DNA of 64,000 bases. Source: an uncultured delta proteobacterium. GTDB taxonomy: Bacteria; Desulfobacterota; Binatia; UBA9968. The notes below the pieces were generated by a model. The model ran no database searches. It worked only from the letters and a program-made list of their open reading frames with translations, and was not told where the DNA came from. A program made the position numbers and the translations under genes. Shown in pieces: positions 29,097 through 41,217 of the stretch. Every line of letters begins with the position of its first letter. Position 1 is the first letter of the stretch. Location: NCBI GenBank assembly GCA_963727625.1, contig CAVSHR010000005.1, forward strand, positions 480,001-544,000, read 5' to 3'.

Positions 29097-30374
29097 ATGT
29101 TGCCCCGCGAAGACAACGATTTACTCACCCAGGTTGGTGCTGGAAGGCCGCTCGGCCGGCTCCTGCGGCACTACTGGATTCCCGCGTTGTTGTCGCAGGA
29201 AATCCCCGAACCCGACAGCCCGCCGGTGCACGTCCGCCTGCTTGGCGAAGATTTGGTGGCGTTTAGAGACAGCCAAGGTCGGGTCGGGCTCTTGGACGAA
29301 CATTGCTCGCATCGCGGCACTTCGTTGTTTTTTGGGCGTAACGAGGAATGCGGCGTGCGCTGCATTTACCACGGCTGGAAATTCGACGTTGACGGCAACG
29401 TCTTGGAAACCCCGGCGGAGCCCGCCGACAGCACATTGAAAAATAAAGTGCACCACACTGCTTATCCATGCCGGGAAGCTGCGGGTGTCGTCTGGAGCTA
29501 TCTCGGTGCTAGAGAAAGCATGCCGCTCTTGCCGAATTACGAGTGGATGAATTTGCCGCTCGAAAATTTATACGTCACCAAATCAGTGCAGGATTGCAGC
29601 TGGCTCCAAGGCCTCGAAGGTGAATGCGACTCGTCCCATCTGTCCATTCTGCACAAAGCCTTTTCGGAACGGCAGCGCGGCGGCGGCGATCCGGACATGT
29701 ACGCCGCCGATACCGCGCCAAGCCTCGAAGGCGCCGAAACCGACTACGGTATCCGAATGATTTCCTGCCGCAAAGCCGACAACGATACGATCTACCTGCG
29801 AGTTTCCAACATCGTGTTGCCCTGCCACGGCTTCATCCCCACCGGCGGCCTCAAAGGCAACGCCGAGGGCTATACGATTCATTCGCACGTACCGATCGAC
29901 GACACCCGCAGCATGCGTTACAACATTCACTTCCGGAGAAGCCGACCGATCCACGCCGAAGAGCGGCAGCACGAGCGCGAGATCGAGGCGAATTTTACAA
30001 AAGTGCGCAACCTGCAAAACAACTATCTCCAAAATCGCGAAGAGCAGCGAAGCGAGACCTTCACGGGGATGGGCAGAACCTTCCTGGTCCACGATTCCTG
30101 CGCCACCGAAAGCATGGGACCGATCTACGACCGCTCCCAGGAACATCTCGGCGCGAGCGACGGGACCGTAATCGCAGTTCGGCGCTTCTTGCTGAAGTGC
30201 GTTCGGGGCGCGATGGCCGGCAACGAGCCGCCGCATGTTATTCACAATGCCGAACAGAACGACCTGCGCCACCTGGCGTGCATCGTCGCCAAGATCCCCT
30301 CAACTAAAAAGCCGGAACAGTTTGTCTCCGAACAGTTGATTAAAGAGAAATACTGGGAGACAGCGAGCAAGTAG
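29097..30374 (+). CDS. Rieske non-heme iron oxygenase alpha subunit (phthalate 4,5-dioxygenase-like)
   Basis: CSHRG...CIYHGW Rieske site; DSSHLSILH and HD mononuclear Fe ligands. Confidence 0.92.
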   Translation: MLPREDNDLLTQVGAGRPLGRLLRHYWIPALLSQEIPEPDSPPVHVRLLGEDLVAFRDSQGRVGLLDEHCSHRGTSLFFGRNEECGVRCIYHGWKFDVDGNVLETPAEPADSTLKNKVHHTAYPCREAAGVVWSYLGARESMPLLPNYEWMNLPLENLYVTKSVQDCSWLQGLEGECDSSHLSILHKAFSERQRGGGDPDMYAADTAPSLEGAETDYGIRMISCRKADNDTIYLRVSNIVLPCHGFIPTGGLKGNAEGYTIHSHVPIDDTRSMRYNIHFRRSRPIHAEERQHEREIEANFTKVRNLQNNYLQNREEQRSETFTGMGRTFLVHDSCATESMGPIYDRSQEHLGASDGTVIAVRRFLLKCVRGAMAGNEPPHVIHNAEQNDLRHLACIVAKIPSTKKPEQFVSEQLIKEKYWETASK

Positions 30375-30521
30375 GTTTTGTGCCGACGTCAAACATTCTG
30401 CGCGCTCCACGATTGCGAATCGTCCGGCTCTGTCATCGCAAACGAACAGAAGAGATTTCTCGGCTTCGCTGCAAAATTCCACCGAATAGAAGACAAGCCG
30501 AAATAAAACCCCGGAGGGCCC

Positions 30522-32165
30522 ATGAAAGTCGTCGATGCGATCGCCGAAATCCTCAAGCGTGAGGGAGTTGAATTTCTTTCCTGCTATCCGACCAACACAA
30601 TGATCGAGGCCTCGGCCTCGGCGGGCATCCGCCCGATCGTCTGCCGTCAGGAACGCGTCGGCGTCGGCATCGCCGACGGTTTCACCCGCGTCACCAACGG
30701 CAAGCGCATCGGCGTCTTTAGTATGCAGGCCGGTCCCGGCGCGGAGAACGCCTACTCCGGCATTACCACGGCCTATTCCGACTCCGTGCCGATTCTGCTA
30801 TTGCCGGTCGGCCACGCGCGCAATACCTCGCAGGTTTTTCATTTTTTCCGCTCTACACAAGCCTACAGGCCTGTCACCAAGTGGACCGAGGAGATTACGC
30901 TAGCCGATCAGGTGCCTGAAATCATGCGGCGCGCGTTTAGTTATCTAAAAATGGGACGCCTGGGGCCAGTGCTGGTGGAAATACCGAATGACGCCGCGAT
31001 AGAAGATTTCCCCTTATCCACGATCAACTACACGCCTGTCAAAAAAACCGTCAGCGGCGCCAACACACGCGATATCGAAGCGGCGGCAAAAGTCTTGGCT
31101 CAAGCCAAGGCGCCGGTCATCGTCGCCGGCCAGGGCGTGCTTTACGCCGAAGCGTCGGACGAATTGGTCGAGCTCGCCGAGCTGCTCGGCGCACCGGTGA
31201 CCACGCCGCTCGAAGGCAAGAGCGCCTTCCCCGAGGATCACCCGCTCGCGCTTGGCACCGGTGCGGGCGTGATGCCTCGGCCGGTGCATACCTTCTTGCA
31301 GAAGGCTGACGTCGTCTTTGCCGTGGGCGCCAGCTTGACCAAACACAACATCGTCGCCGCGCCGATCCCTGCCGGCAAGACGATCATCCATGCCAGCAAC
31401 GACGAGCGAGACATCAACAAACACTACGCCGCGGATTATCCGATCCTCGGCGACGCCAAACCGGTGTTGCGCCAGTTCATCGAAGCCGTCAAAGACGCCC
31501 TCGGCAACCGAAAGTGTGACGCGGCCGGGCTTGCGGCAGAGATCAAGAATGGCAGGGAAACTTGGCTAGCCGAGTGGCTGCCCAAGCTGACATCCGAGGA
31601 AAAGCCGCTCAATCCCTATCGCGTCATGTGGGAGTTCATGAACCTATTCGATCGCAAAGATATGATCGTCACCCACGACGCCGGCAGCCCGCGCAACCAG
31701 CTTGTCCCCTTCTACCGAGCGCCGACGCCGCGGAGCTATCTGGGCTGGGGAAAGTCCCATGCCCTCGGCACCGGACTTGGCCTGATCATGGGCGCCAAGC
31801 TCGCCGCCCCAGAAAAGTTCTGCGTCAACTTCATGGGCGACGCCGCCTTCGGCATGACGGGTCTGGATTTCGAAACTGCGGTGCGCAACAACATCCCGAC
31901 CCTAACCATCGTTTTGAACAATAATTTCATGGCCGCCGAAACCCACAGCATGCAGGCGTCGCACGAGCGTTACGGCACCATGAACATCCTCGGCAACTAT
32001 GCCGACTTGGCAAAATCCCTCGGCGGCTGGTCCGAGCGCGTCAAGGAGCCGGGCCAAATCGTCCCGGCGCTCCAGCGCGCGCGCAAAGTCACCGAAGACG
32101 GCAAAGCCGCGCTGTTGGAATTCGTGACCAGCCGGGAGATTAATTACTCGCGCATACGCGATTGA
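30522..32165 (+). CDS. Thiamine diphosphate-dependent enzyme (acetolactate synthase-like fold)
   Basis: RQERVG catalytic Glu; GPGAEN; GDAAFGM...NN ThDP motif. Confidence 0.92.
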   Translation: MKVVDAIAEILKREGVEFLSCYPTNTMIEASASAGIRPIVCRQERVGVGIADGFTRVTNGKRIGVFSMQAGPGAENAYSGITTAYSDSVPILLLPVGHARNTSQVFHFFRSTQAYRPVTKWTEEITLADQVPEIMRRAFSYLKMGRLGPVLVEIPNDAAIEDFPLSTINYTPVKKTVSGANTRDIEAAAKVLAQAKAPVIVAGQGVLYAEASDELVELAELLGAPVTTPLEGKSAFPEDHPLALGTGAGVMPRPVHTFLQKADVVFAVGASLTKHNIVAAPIPAGKTIIHASNDERDINKHYAADYPILGDAKPVLRQFIEAVKDALGNRKCDAAGLAAEIKNGRETWLAEWLPKLTSEEKPLNPYRVMWEFMNLFDRKDMIVTHDAGSPRNQLVPFYRAPTPRSYLGWGKSHALGTGLGLIMGAKLAAPEKFCVNFMGDAAFGMTGLDFETAVRNNIPTLTIVLNNNFMAAETHSMQASHERYGTMNILGNYADLAKSLGGWSERVKEPGQIVPALQRARKVTEDGKAALLEFVTSREINYSRIRD

Positions 32166-32378
32166 AATTCTCCGCGCGCCAGCCCGAGTTGTTGGCCTTG
32201 GTTTGCCGGCCGAATTCCAACCCTGAGGCTTTGCGATCCGCGCTTAATCGCTGCGCCGACAATGCAAATCTTTGAGATTGTCTGCGCAAACCGCCGCTCC
32301 AAATAGTTGAAGATTCGGCCCAAAACAATGGACTGAGCGACATTGAATTAGACTTTTTGAATTGTTAGTCGTCAGAGC

Positions 32379-32690
32379 ATGAGACGACCAATCGTGCTGT
32401 CGCTGCTCATGGTGCTGCTGGCGTTTGGCGCAGCGGGCAATCCCGGAGCGCAGCTGCAAGCGATGATCAACCCCGCCGGAGTCGAAGACGTCGCAGTGGA
32501 AGAGCGCGACGCGAATGTCTATCCGGCCGCCGAACTCAAGCGATCCCGAGCGCGCCGAGGCGCGGAGGCGTTCGGGCTCGCTGCTTCACCCCGCACGGAC
32601 ACGCACGCAGTGCGTTTCTCACTCTTCCGCAATCACTCACACCCCTCCTCGATCTATCCCCAACCATTGTTTCAGGTCTTTCAAATCTAA
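32379..32690 (+). CDS. Small protein with signal peptide, upstream of terC
   Basis: MRRPIVLSLLMVLLAFGAA N-terminus followed by a hydrophilic body. Confidence 0.5.
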   Translation: MRRPIVLSLLMVLLAFGAAGNPGAQLQAMINPAGVEDVAVEERDANVYPAAELKRSRARRGAEAFGLAASPRTDTHAVRFSLFRNHSHPSSIYPQPLFQVFQI

Positions 32691-32777
32691 CCGTCCCCTT
32701 CCTGAGAACAGTTTGCGACGTGCTACGCCCGGCCCCACGGGTAGGCGCGGATTTGGGAATGGGAGGTTTCAGAAATT

Positions 32778-34046
32778 ATGGATTCGGAACGGCTGATTCT
32801 TTGGATTGCTTTTAATGTTTTTGTCCTCGGCATGCTCGCCATCGACCTCGGAGTTTTTCACCGCAAGGCGCATTCGGTCTCGATCAAAGAAGCGACGACC
32901 TGGAGCATCATCTGGATCTCGTTGGCGATGGTTTTCAATCTCGGCATCTACTTCGCCTGGGGTCAGGAGAAGGCGCTGGAGTTTCTTACCGGCTACGTCA
33001 TCGAAAAATCCTTGAGCGTCGACAATCTCTTCGTCTTCCTGATGATCTTTCAATACTTCAATACGCCCGGCGAATATCAACATCGCGTGCTTTTCTGGGG
33101 CATTCTCGGCGCGCTCGTCTTGCGCGCGATCTTTATCGCTACCGGCACCGCACTGATCAGCAATTTCCACTGGATCATATACGTGTTTGGAGCCTTTTTA
33201 GTTTTCACCGGAATCAAAATGTTTCTTCAAGGCGATGAAAAATTGGAGCCGGGAAAAAATTTCGTGGTCCGTCTGTTCGAACGCTGGGTGCCGATCAGCA
33301 AAGACTATCATGGCCAGCGTTTTTTCGTCCGCCAAACCGGCAAGACCCAAGCCACGCTCCTGACAGTCGTCCTGATCGTTATCGAAACCACCGACGTCAT
33401 CTTCGCCGTGGACTCGATACCGGCCATTTTTGCGATCACCCAGGATTCGTTTATTGTCTACACCTCGAACGTATTCGCGATTCTCGGCCTGCGCGCGCTC
33501 TATTTCATGCTCGCCGGGATCTTGGAGATGTTTATTTATCTCAAAGTCGGACTTTCCGCGGTCCTCTGTTTCGTCGGCGTCAAGATGTTGCTGGTGGATC
33601 TCTACAAAATTCCGATCGGCGCGTCGTTGACGGTCATCGCCGGCGTGTTGGCGTTAACGGTAATCGCGTCTTTAGCGGCCCAACGGGATTGGCGTACAAG
33701 CGTCCGAGCCTCTTTAGATTCGCTTGTGCCGCCCATGCCAACCGCATGGGCCGCAAGCCGGAGCGGAGTTTACACCGGCGCGATCCTTGTGGTTTCGCTA
33801 ATCGCTTTGATTCTGGCCAAATGGCATGCCGTCTCCACCGGCCCTGCGAGTAACGAAGCCATCGCCGTGATCCGTGTCGTGGAGACGGTATTGGAACAGG
33901 CGCGCTATCGACCGGGGAGCGCCGAAAACGTGAATGCCCTCGCCAAGCTTAGAAAGGCGTGGGGTCATTATGGTCAAAAGGAATATCGGTTTGCGATTCG
34001 CGAAGCGCAGGAAGCCGATCAAATGCTTCGCGCGCAGGCGCGCTAG
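32778..34046 (+). CDS. TerC/Alx-family metal homeostasis membrane protein with C-terminal extension
   Basis: EKSLSVDNLFVF, DVIFAVDSIPA and SNVFAILGLRALYF motifs; about 120 extra residues. Confidence 0.92.
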   Translation: MDSERLILWIAFNVFVLGMLAIDLGVFHRKAHSVSIKEATTWSIIWISLAMVFNLGIYFAWGQEKALEFLTGYVIEKSLSVDNLFVFLMIFQYFNTPGEYQHRVLFWGILGALVLRAIFIATGTALISNFHWIIYVFGAFLVFTGIKMFLQGDEKLEPGKNFVVRLFERWVPISKDYHGQRFFVRQTGKTQATLLTVVLIVIETTDVIFAVDSIPAIFAITQDSFIVYTSNVFAILGLRALYFMLAGILEMFIYLKVGLSAVLCFVGVKMLLVDLYKIPIGASLTVIAGVLALTVIASLAAQRDWRTSVRASLDSLVPPMPTAWAASRSGVYTGAILVVSLIALILAKWHAVSTGPASNEAIAVIRVVETVLEQARYRPGSAENVNALAKLRKAWGHYGQKEYRFAIREAQEADQMLRAQAR

Positions 34047-34113
34047 ACTGGCGGTAGGCCCTCAAAATCGACGAGAAACGCCAAGGCAATCGACGCCGCA
34101 GCAAAATCTGCGC

Positions 34114-35205
34114 TTATGCGACCACTCCGTTCGCCTTGAGCGCTGCTTGGTAGCGTTTGGCAATTTCCGGGTCTTCGTTTTCGTAGGTGATCATCCAGCC
34201 GCCTTCGTCGACGCTGCGAAACACGTCGTCGTCGGTCTTTTGATGCGAGACTTTAAAGCCGAGCGGGTGAATGCGGCTGCCGTAGCGCACCGCTAAGTGG
34301 CGCGCCGGTTCCTTGCCGGTGTTGAAGTGCTGGTGGAACCAATCTCCCGGCGGGCAATAAATGCTCGCTTCTCCCCACTTGATGTCGATGACCTTGTCTT
34401 CATGTCCGTCCGTGTACGGATGCATGCCCCACTGTTTATGCCATAAAAGCACGTAACCCACCGATTGGGTGCCGACGATGATCGCGCCCGGCCCGTGATG
34501 GTGCGCTTTGTGATACTTGCCCACCGGCCATTCGCCGAGGTGACCGACCAAAGCGTTGCCCGCCATCTCGAACTGCGCCAGGCGCAAACCTGCGCCTTTG
34601 ACTTCGAGGCTCTCCAGCGTCGCCGATTTAATATCGGGGATGAAATTGGTCTCCCAGATGTTAATCAGGCCGCTGACGTAGCGTTTCTTGCCGACTTCGA
34701 AATAGTCGTCTTCGCCGTAGTAACGGTCTTTGAAGCTGTACGGGCAATTGAAGACGAAATTATCGTCGCGATAAATATCGAAGGCGAGCGGCGCGTTGGT
34801 CACCGCCAAAAACCGGACCGGCTCCCGCGAGCCGTTAACCAGACGATGGGTGGTGTTCATCGGTGGCGCAAACAGACTCCACTTGTTCCACTCGAACATT
34901 TTCTTGTTGCCGTGGTCGTCCCACAACTCCGTGGCGCCCTGGCCGTTGAGGATGCAAATCACTTCTTCGTAGAGATGCCGTTCCGGCTTGAGCGCATCGC
35001 CCGGCGGAATCTCGCCGATGTAGCCGCCGGTGATGCCTTGCATGCCGTGCAGATGAATGAATGCCGATTTGCCGCCGGTCCGCGCATCCGGCTTAACTTC
35101 AAGCGCTCGCAAGTCCGCCATGCCGTGGCCGGTGTGAATGGGCAAGCCCTGGCTCTGCATCCAGCGCACGTAACCAGTTTTTTGATTGAGTGGCGCAATA
35201 TCCAT
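34114..35205 (-). CDS. Bicupin protein (gentisate dioxygenase-like fold)
   Basis: ERHLYEE...PMNTTH and KAHHHGPGA...WFHQHFN motifs; AAGGAG RBS. Confidence 0.85.
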   Translation of the reverse strand: MDIAPLNQKTGYVRWMQSQGLPIHTGHGMADLRALEVKPDARTGGKSAFIHLHGMQGITGGYIGEIPPGDALKPERHLYEEVICILNGQGATELWDDHGNKKMFEWNKWSLFAPPMNTTHRLVNGSREPVRFLAVTNAPLAFDIYRDDNFVFNCPYSFKDRYYGEDDYFEVGKKRYVSGLINIWETNFIPDIKSATLESLEVKGAGLRLAQFEMAGNALVGHLGEWPVGKYHKAHHHGPGAIIVGTQSVGYVLLWHKQWGMHPYTDGHEDKVIDIKWGEASIYCPPGDWFHQHFNTGKEPARHLAVRYGSRIHPLGFKVSHQKTDDDVFRSVDEGGWMITYENEDPEIAKRYQAALKANGVVA

Positions 35206-35227
35206 GATCGGCTCCTTTGTTGTCGAA

Positions 35228-36277
35228 TCACCAGTGCCAGAACTCGGGGTTGTGTTTAAAAATTCTCTTGGGAACTTTGGCATAGACCAGATTGACGATA
35301 TCGACGGCTTCACCGATGCCGAGATCGACGGCCAAGCTACACAACGCGTATGCATCCGCGGCGCGCATTCCCTTCTCCACTTGTAGGAATTCGACAGCCT
35401 CTTGCAGCGCAATGCGCGTCGCTTCGCTTAAATCCGTGCTTAAACCGGTGGTGAGATAATCCGTCGAGGTTTCGACCCGCGGCTGCTTAAGCGGCTTACC
35501 CTTGTGCACGATGAACTGAAGCGTCGGCTTGAGCGAAATTTCGATCGCGCCGCCGTCGACTTCACCGTCGCCCTGAACTGCATGACCATCGCCGGTAAAA
35601 AACTGCCCCCCTTTGTTGAAGACCGGCAAAAACAGCGACGAACCGATACCGCAAAATTTAAGATCGATATTGCCGCCCCAGGCCCCCGGCGGCGTGGATG
35701 AAACCATGCCCAGGCTGGTCGGCGGCGAAACTGCCATGATGCCCATGAACGGATTGAGCGGAATCTCCACATCGCTGGAGAACAGGGCGACTCGTCGTTC
35801 CAAATCGACGCGAATCAATTTCGCGCTCGGCTCCTTGAGCAGCTTCGGCAGTACCCCCTTGCCGGGACCGGTGTTGTTGACACCGTAGGGCACGCGAAAC
35901 TTGATGTCGAGCACGCGAACTTCCAAGGTGTCGCCGGGCTCGGCGCCATTGACGTAAATGGGGCCGGTGAGAATATGCACGCTCGCGCCCTTGGGCCGTT
36001 TCACTTCGCTATAAACCGTCTTGGCGTCGGCCAAAACTTCACTGTTTGAGATGCCGTAGCCGGCGAAAAATTTTTCCGGATCTTTCGCCGTGGTCAGGCC
36101 TTGATGGGACAGCGCCTCGATTTCGACAACTTGTCCAGACTCAATCGTCAACGCCGGCGGCAGATTGGCCGCGATGTAGCCCCATAGAACCGTCTCGGGC
36201 GTGGAATGCAAAGTCGCGTCGGCATGAATAGGATCGACGAGTCGTTGCGCTTCTGCATCCGGCGGATTTTCAGACAT
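35228..36277 (-). CDS. Acetamidase/formamidase family protein
   Basis: HILTGPIYVNGAEPGD, GGNID and GDGHAVQGDGEV motifs. Confidence 0.92.
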   Translation of the reverse strand: MSENPPDAEAQRLVDPIHADATLHSTPETVLWGYIAANLPPALTIESGQVVEIEALSHQGLTTAKDPEKFFAGYGISNSEVLADAKTVYSEVKRPKGASVHILTGPIYVNGAEPGDTLEVRVLDIKFRVPYGVNNTGPGKGVLPKLLKEPSAKLIRVDLERRVALFSSDVEIPLNPFMGIMAVSPPTSLGMVSSTPPGAWGGNIDLKFCGIGSSLFLPVFNKGGQFFTGDGHAVQGDGEVDGGAIEISLKPTLQFIVHKGKPLKQPRVETSTDYLTTGLSTDLSEATRIALQEAVEFLQVEKGMRAADAYALCSLAVDLGIGEAVDIVNLVYAKVPKRIFKHNPEFWHW

Positions 36278-36447
36278 AGTCGGACCTCGATTTTCAAAAC
36301 CCTATCCGATGCTCCGCGAGCCTGTCAACGCCGGGCGCGCTGGTGGTTTCGGGACAACAGCGATGTGCGGCGCCGATATAAAAAGCAGCGGAACAAGGAT
36401 TGCTTCCGCTGCTCTTGCTTATCGAAATTAAATCAATCGATGTGGGA

Positions 36448-37194
36448 TCAGTCGCGAATCGCCAGCGCTCCGCCGTCCACAGGCAAATCGACGGCATAAA
36501 TGAAATCCGATTCGTCCGAGGCAAGAAACACCGCTGCTTTGGCGATATCCATCGGCACACCGCGCCGGCCGGCGAGATTTTTGACGAAGCGATTCTCAGG
36601 CACGTCCTGCTGTCCCACCGGCGATCCGATGCGGTTGGGCGAGATCGAGTTGACCCGAATCCCTTCCGGAGCCAGCTGCACCGCGATCGAGCGAGTGAGA
36701 TTCAGCACGCCCGCCTTCGCCGTGGTGTACGCGGTGGCCTCCTTGCGCCCCCAGTGACCGGACGTCGACGCGATATTGATGATCTTCCCTTTGCGTTTCT
36801 GGTCGATCATCGCTTTAGCCGCAGCCCGAGTGCAGTACCAAACGCTGCGCAGACACACGTTCATGACTCGATCCCATTCCTCTTCAGTGATGTCGAAAAG
36901 CGTCTTGTGATCAGTCCAGGCGGCGTTGTTCACCAAGATATCCACGCCGCCGAACTGTTTCACCACGGTTTGGACCATGCTGTCGACGGATGACGGCGAT
37001 GAGGCGTCGCAGACCACGGCGATCGCTTTGCCGGGATTTTGCCCGTTGATCTCGGCCGCGACCCGGCTGCCGCGAGCTTCATCCAAGTCTACCACCGCAA
37101 CCTTCGCGCCTTCTTGAACATAGAGTTTACAAATATCTTCGCCGATGTTTCGGCCCGCACCTGTCACGATGGCGACTTGATCCTTCAATCTCAT
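36448..37194 (-). CDS. Short-chain dehydrogenase/reductase
   Basis: TGAGRNIG, NNA and YTTAK motifs. Confidence 0.93.
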   Translation of the reverse strand: MRLKDQVAIVTGAGRNIGEDICKLYVQEGAKVAVVDLDEARGSRVAAEINGQNPGKAIAVVCDASSPSSVDSMVQTVVKQFGGVDILVNNAAWTDHKTLFDITEEEWDRVMNVCLRSVWYCTRAAAKAMIDQKRKGKIINIASTSGHWGRKEATAYTTAKAGVLNLTRSIAVQLAPEGIRVNSISPNRIGSPVGQQDVPENRFVKNLAGRRGVPMDIAKAAVFLASDESDFIYAVDLPVDGGALAIRD

Positions 37195-37356
37195 AGAATC
37201 CTCCAAGCGTTTATCTTCGGTCAATAGCAAATGCCCCGAGAAACTTCCAGCCGAGTGGGTGATCGCCGCGAAAAGACTCGCTAGCTGGGCCAGGTAATGC
37301 AGGAATCCGGGGGCTCGCCGCCGGACTCGTCAAGCCGAACCCGAAATGCGGTTACC

Positions 37357-38382
37357 TCACAGGCTGACCTTTTCTGTGTAGAGATCTTTCAGGAATTGGC
37401 TGTTTTTGAGCTCGTCGAAAAATTTAGGCTCGATGATATCCGCAGGCTTCAAATTTTTCATGCGCTGGTCAACCGCTGCGCCGACATCCACGAAGGCTTG
37501 AATGGCTTCGTCGTTCAATTCCGGCAGCGGTCGAAGCTGGGCCGAGAATGCCTCATACATCGCGTCGACCCCGATTTCCTGGTTACCGGGGAAATATTTC
37601 TTGAGAATTTCCACACTCTCGCTTCGTTTGGATACAAAATACTGGATTGCAGCGGCATAACCCCTCATAAAACGCCGCACCGTGTCCTCTTCCCTTCTAG
37701 CGAAGGAGCGCGTTGTTATCAGTAAATCGGTCAATATCGGAACGGCTTTCATTTCTATGACCTTGATGCCGAGCTTTTGCGCTTCGGCGGCAACATCCTG
37801 ATTCAACGGCACGCCCTGAACCAGGTTCTTCGTCAACGCCAACGCTCGAGCCGGCGTAAAACCCGCAGCCACCATTTCGACATCTTTGGATGGATCCAAT
37901 CCGGCGCGTCTGAGCATGACCCTGGCAACTAGATCCGAGCGGGCGCCGAGCGCCGACACGCCGACCTTTTTGCCCTTGAGATCCTTCAATGAATTGATCG
38001 CCGCCCCCACACCCATGCCGTATTGATCGAATCTCACATGGGAGCCGATCAAGGCGATATCGCCGCCGAGCGCCACCGGTTGCAGGACCGCGAGCGGGTT
38101 GCCGAAGCCGATCAGCAGGTCGACACCGATCAGCGATTGCACCCCGGCGGAAAGTGTATCGCGAATCGGCAACTCTTCGATATCGACGCCGTTCTTCTTG
38201 AACAGGCCGGCATCGACTCCGATATACGCGACGGCCGTCCCGATCTCCCAGCCGGCGTAGGCAAGCCGCAGCTTGCGAGGACTCTCAGCCGCACCGGCCG
38301 ACACCGCCACAAAGACCAGCGCAACCAGGGCGCAGCCGAACCGGACAACCCGAAGTGGACGGCAAGTCGATAATTTAGTCAT
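37357..38382 (-). CDS. NMT1/SsuA-type ABC solute-binding protein, orphan
   Basis: Signal peptide; GLFKKNGVDIE, LKDLKGKKVGVS and GLDPSKDV motifs. Confidence 0.85.
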   Translation of the reverse strand: MTKLSTCRPLRVVRFGCALVALVFVAVSAGAAESPRKLRLAYAGWEIGTAVAYIGVDAGLFKKNGVDIEELPIRDTLSAGVQSLIGVDLLIGFGNPLAVLQPVALGGDIALIGSHVRFDQYGMGVGAAINSLKDLKGKKVGVSALGARSDLVARVMLRRAGLDPSKDVEMVAAGFTPARALALTKNLVQGVPLNQDVAAEAQKLGIKVIEMKAVPILTDLLITTRSFARREEDTVRRFMRGYAAAIQYFVSKRSESVEILKKYFPGNQEIGVDAMYEAFSAQLRPLPELNDEAIQAFVDVGAAVDQRMKNLKPADIIEPKFFDELKNSQFLKDLYTEKVSL

Positions 38383-38683
38383 ACACAGCATCATAGCCCA
38401 CAATGATTTTGACGCAAAGGCCCTTGATAGTGCATCGAAGAGCTTCACAAACCAGGACTTAGCGTGAAAAAAACAATCACGGAAATTACCTTAGGCTCAA
38501 TTGACACTTTAACTCGATATTGGGCCAAATCGCCAGTAGCCGTCGTTATCCACTAGCCCACAGGTCAATATAAATCATAACCTCGATTCAGGATTGAAAA
38601 GTCTTGCAACCAAAAGACGTCGAACTCCACCTCGGTCCGGACGACACCGCGTCGAATCGGAGATTAAGGTTGAGTCAATTCAA

Positions 38684-40579
<1,896 letters not shown>

Positions 40580-40591
40580 TCTTTTCATCCG

Positions 40592-41065
40592 ATGCTCTAT
40601 TCCTGGCTTCATCTCATTGCCTTGATCGTTTACCTTGGCGCGGTCGTGGGCTTTTGGCTGATGCTGCTGCCGTCCGTGGCGGCGATGGAAAAGCACGAGG
40701 ATCAAGCACAGCTGCTTGCCCGTGGCCTCAAGTTTTACAATCCGCTGCAAATTGGCGCCCTCGGGGTGATCCTCTTTACCGGCGCGTTCCAATTAACCGA
40801 GATCAAGGCCGCTTACCGGGAAATGTTCGTCAGACAGTTCGCCTACCATCTTGGCGTAAAGCTCGCCTTTGCCTTTGTGCTGGTAATTTTTAGTGTCTAT
40901 CAGGCTTTGGGCATCGGGCACCGTTTCGTGCGCCGCTACGAGGGTGGGGAGCCTATCACCGCGGATCAGTTGAGTTCGATCATTCACCGCCTGAAAAGCG
41001 TCAACTGGGGCATCCTCATCCTTGCCGCCATTACGCTTTGGTTGGGCATCCGCATGCATGCCTAG
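40592..41065 (+). CDS. CopD/DUF4149-like four-TM membrane protein
   Basis: WLHLIALIVYLG...LFTG...LGVKL. Confidence 0.7.
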   Translation: MLYSWLHLIALIVYLGAVVGFWLMLLPSVAAMEKHEDQAQLLARGLKFYNPLQIGALGVILFTGAFQLTEIKAAYREMFVRQFAYHLGVKLAFAFVLVIFSVYQALGIGHRFVRRYEGGEPITADQLSSIIHRLKSVNWGILILAAITLWLGIRMHA

Positions 41066-41217
41066 TCTTGTGCCTACGGCTCCGCCCTACCGCGAACCAA
41101 ACTTATAGAGTCAATCCAGGTCGATTGCGCTTCAAAATTGATTTCCCGCTGGCGAATGACTGCCTTCTGGTGATATGTAGCGAGGCAAGTCGCACAAGAA
41201 CGGGAAAGGAAACTGCA

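Noticed and set aside
32691-32777. yybP-ykoY manganese riboswitch upstream of terC
   Set aside because: I could not find the conserved core by eye; an Infernal scan is needed to exclude it.
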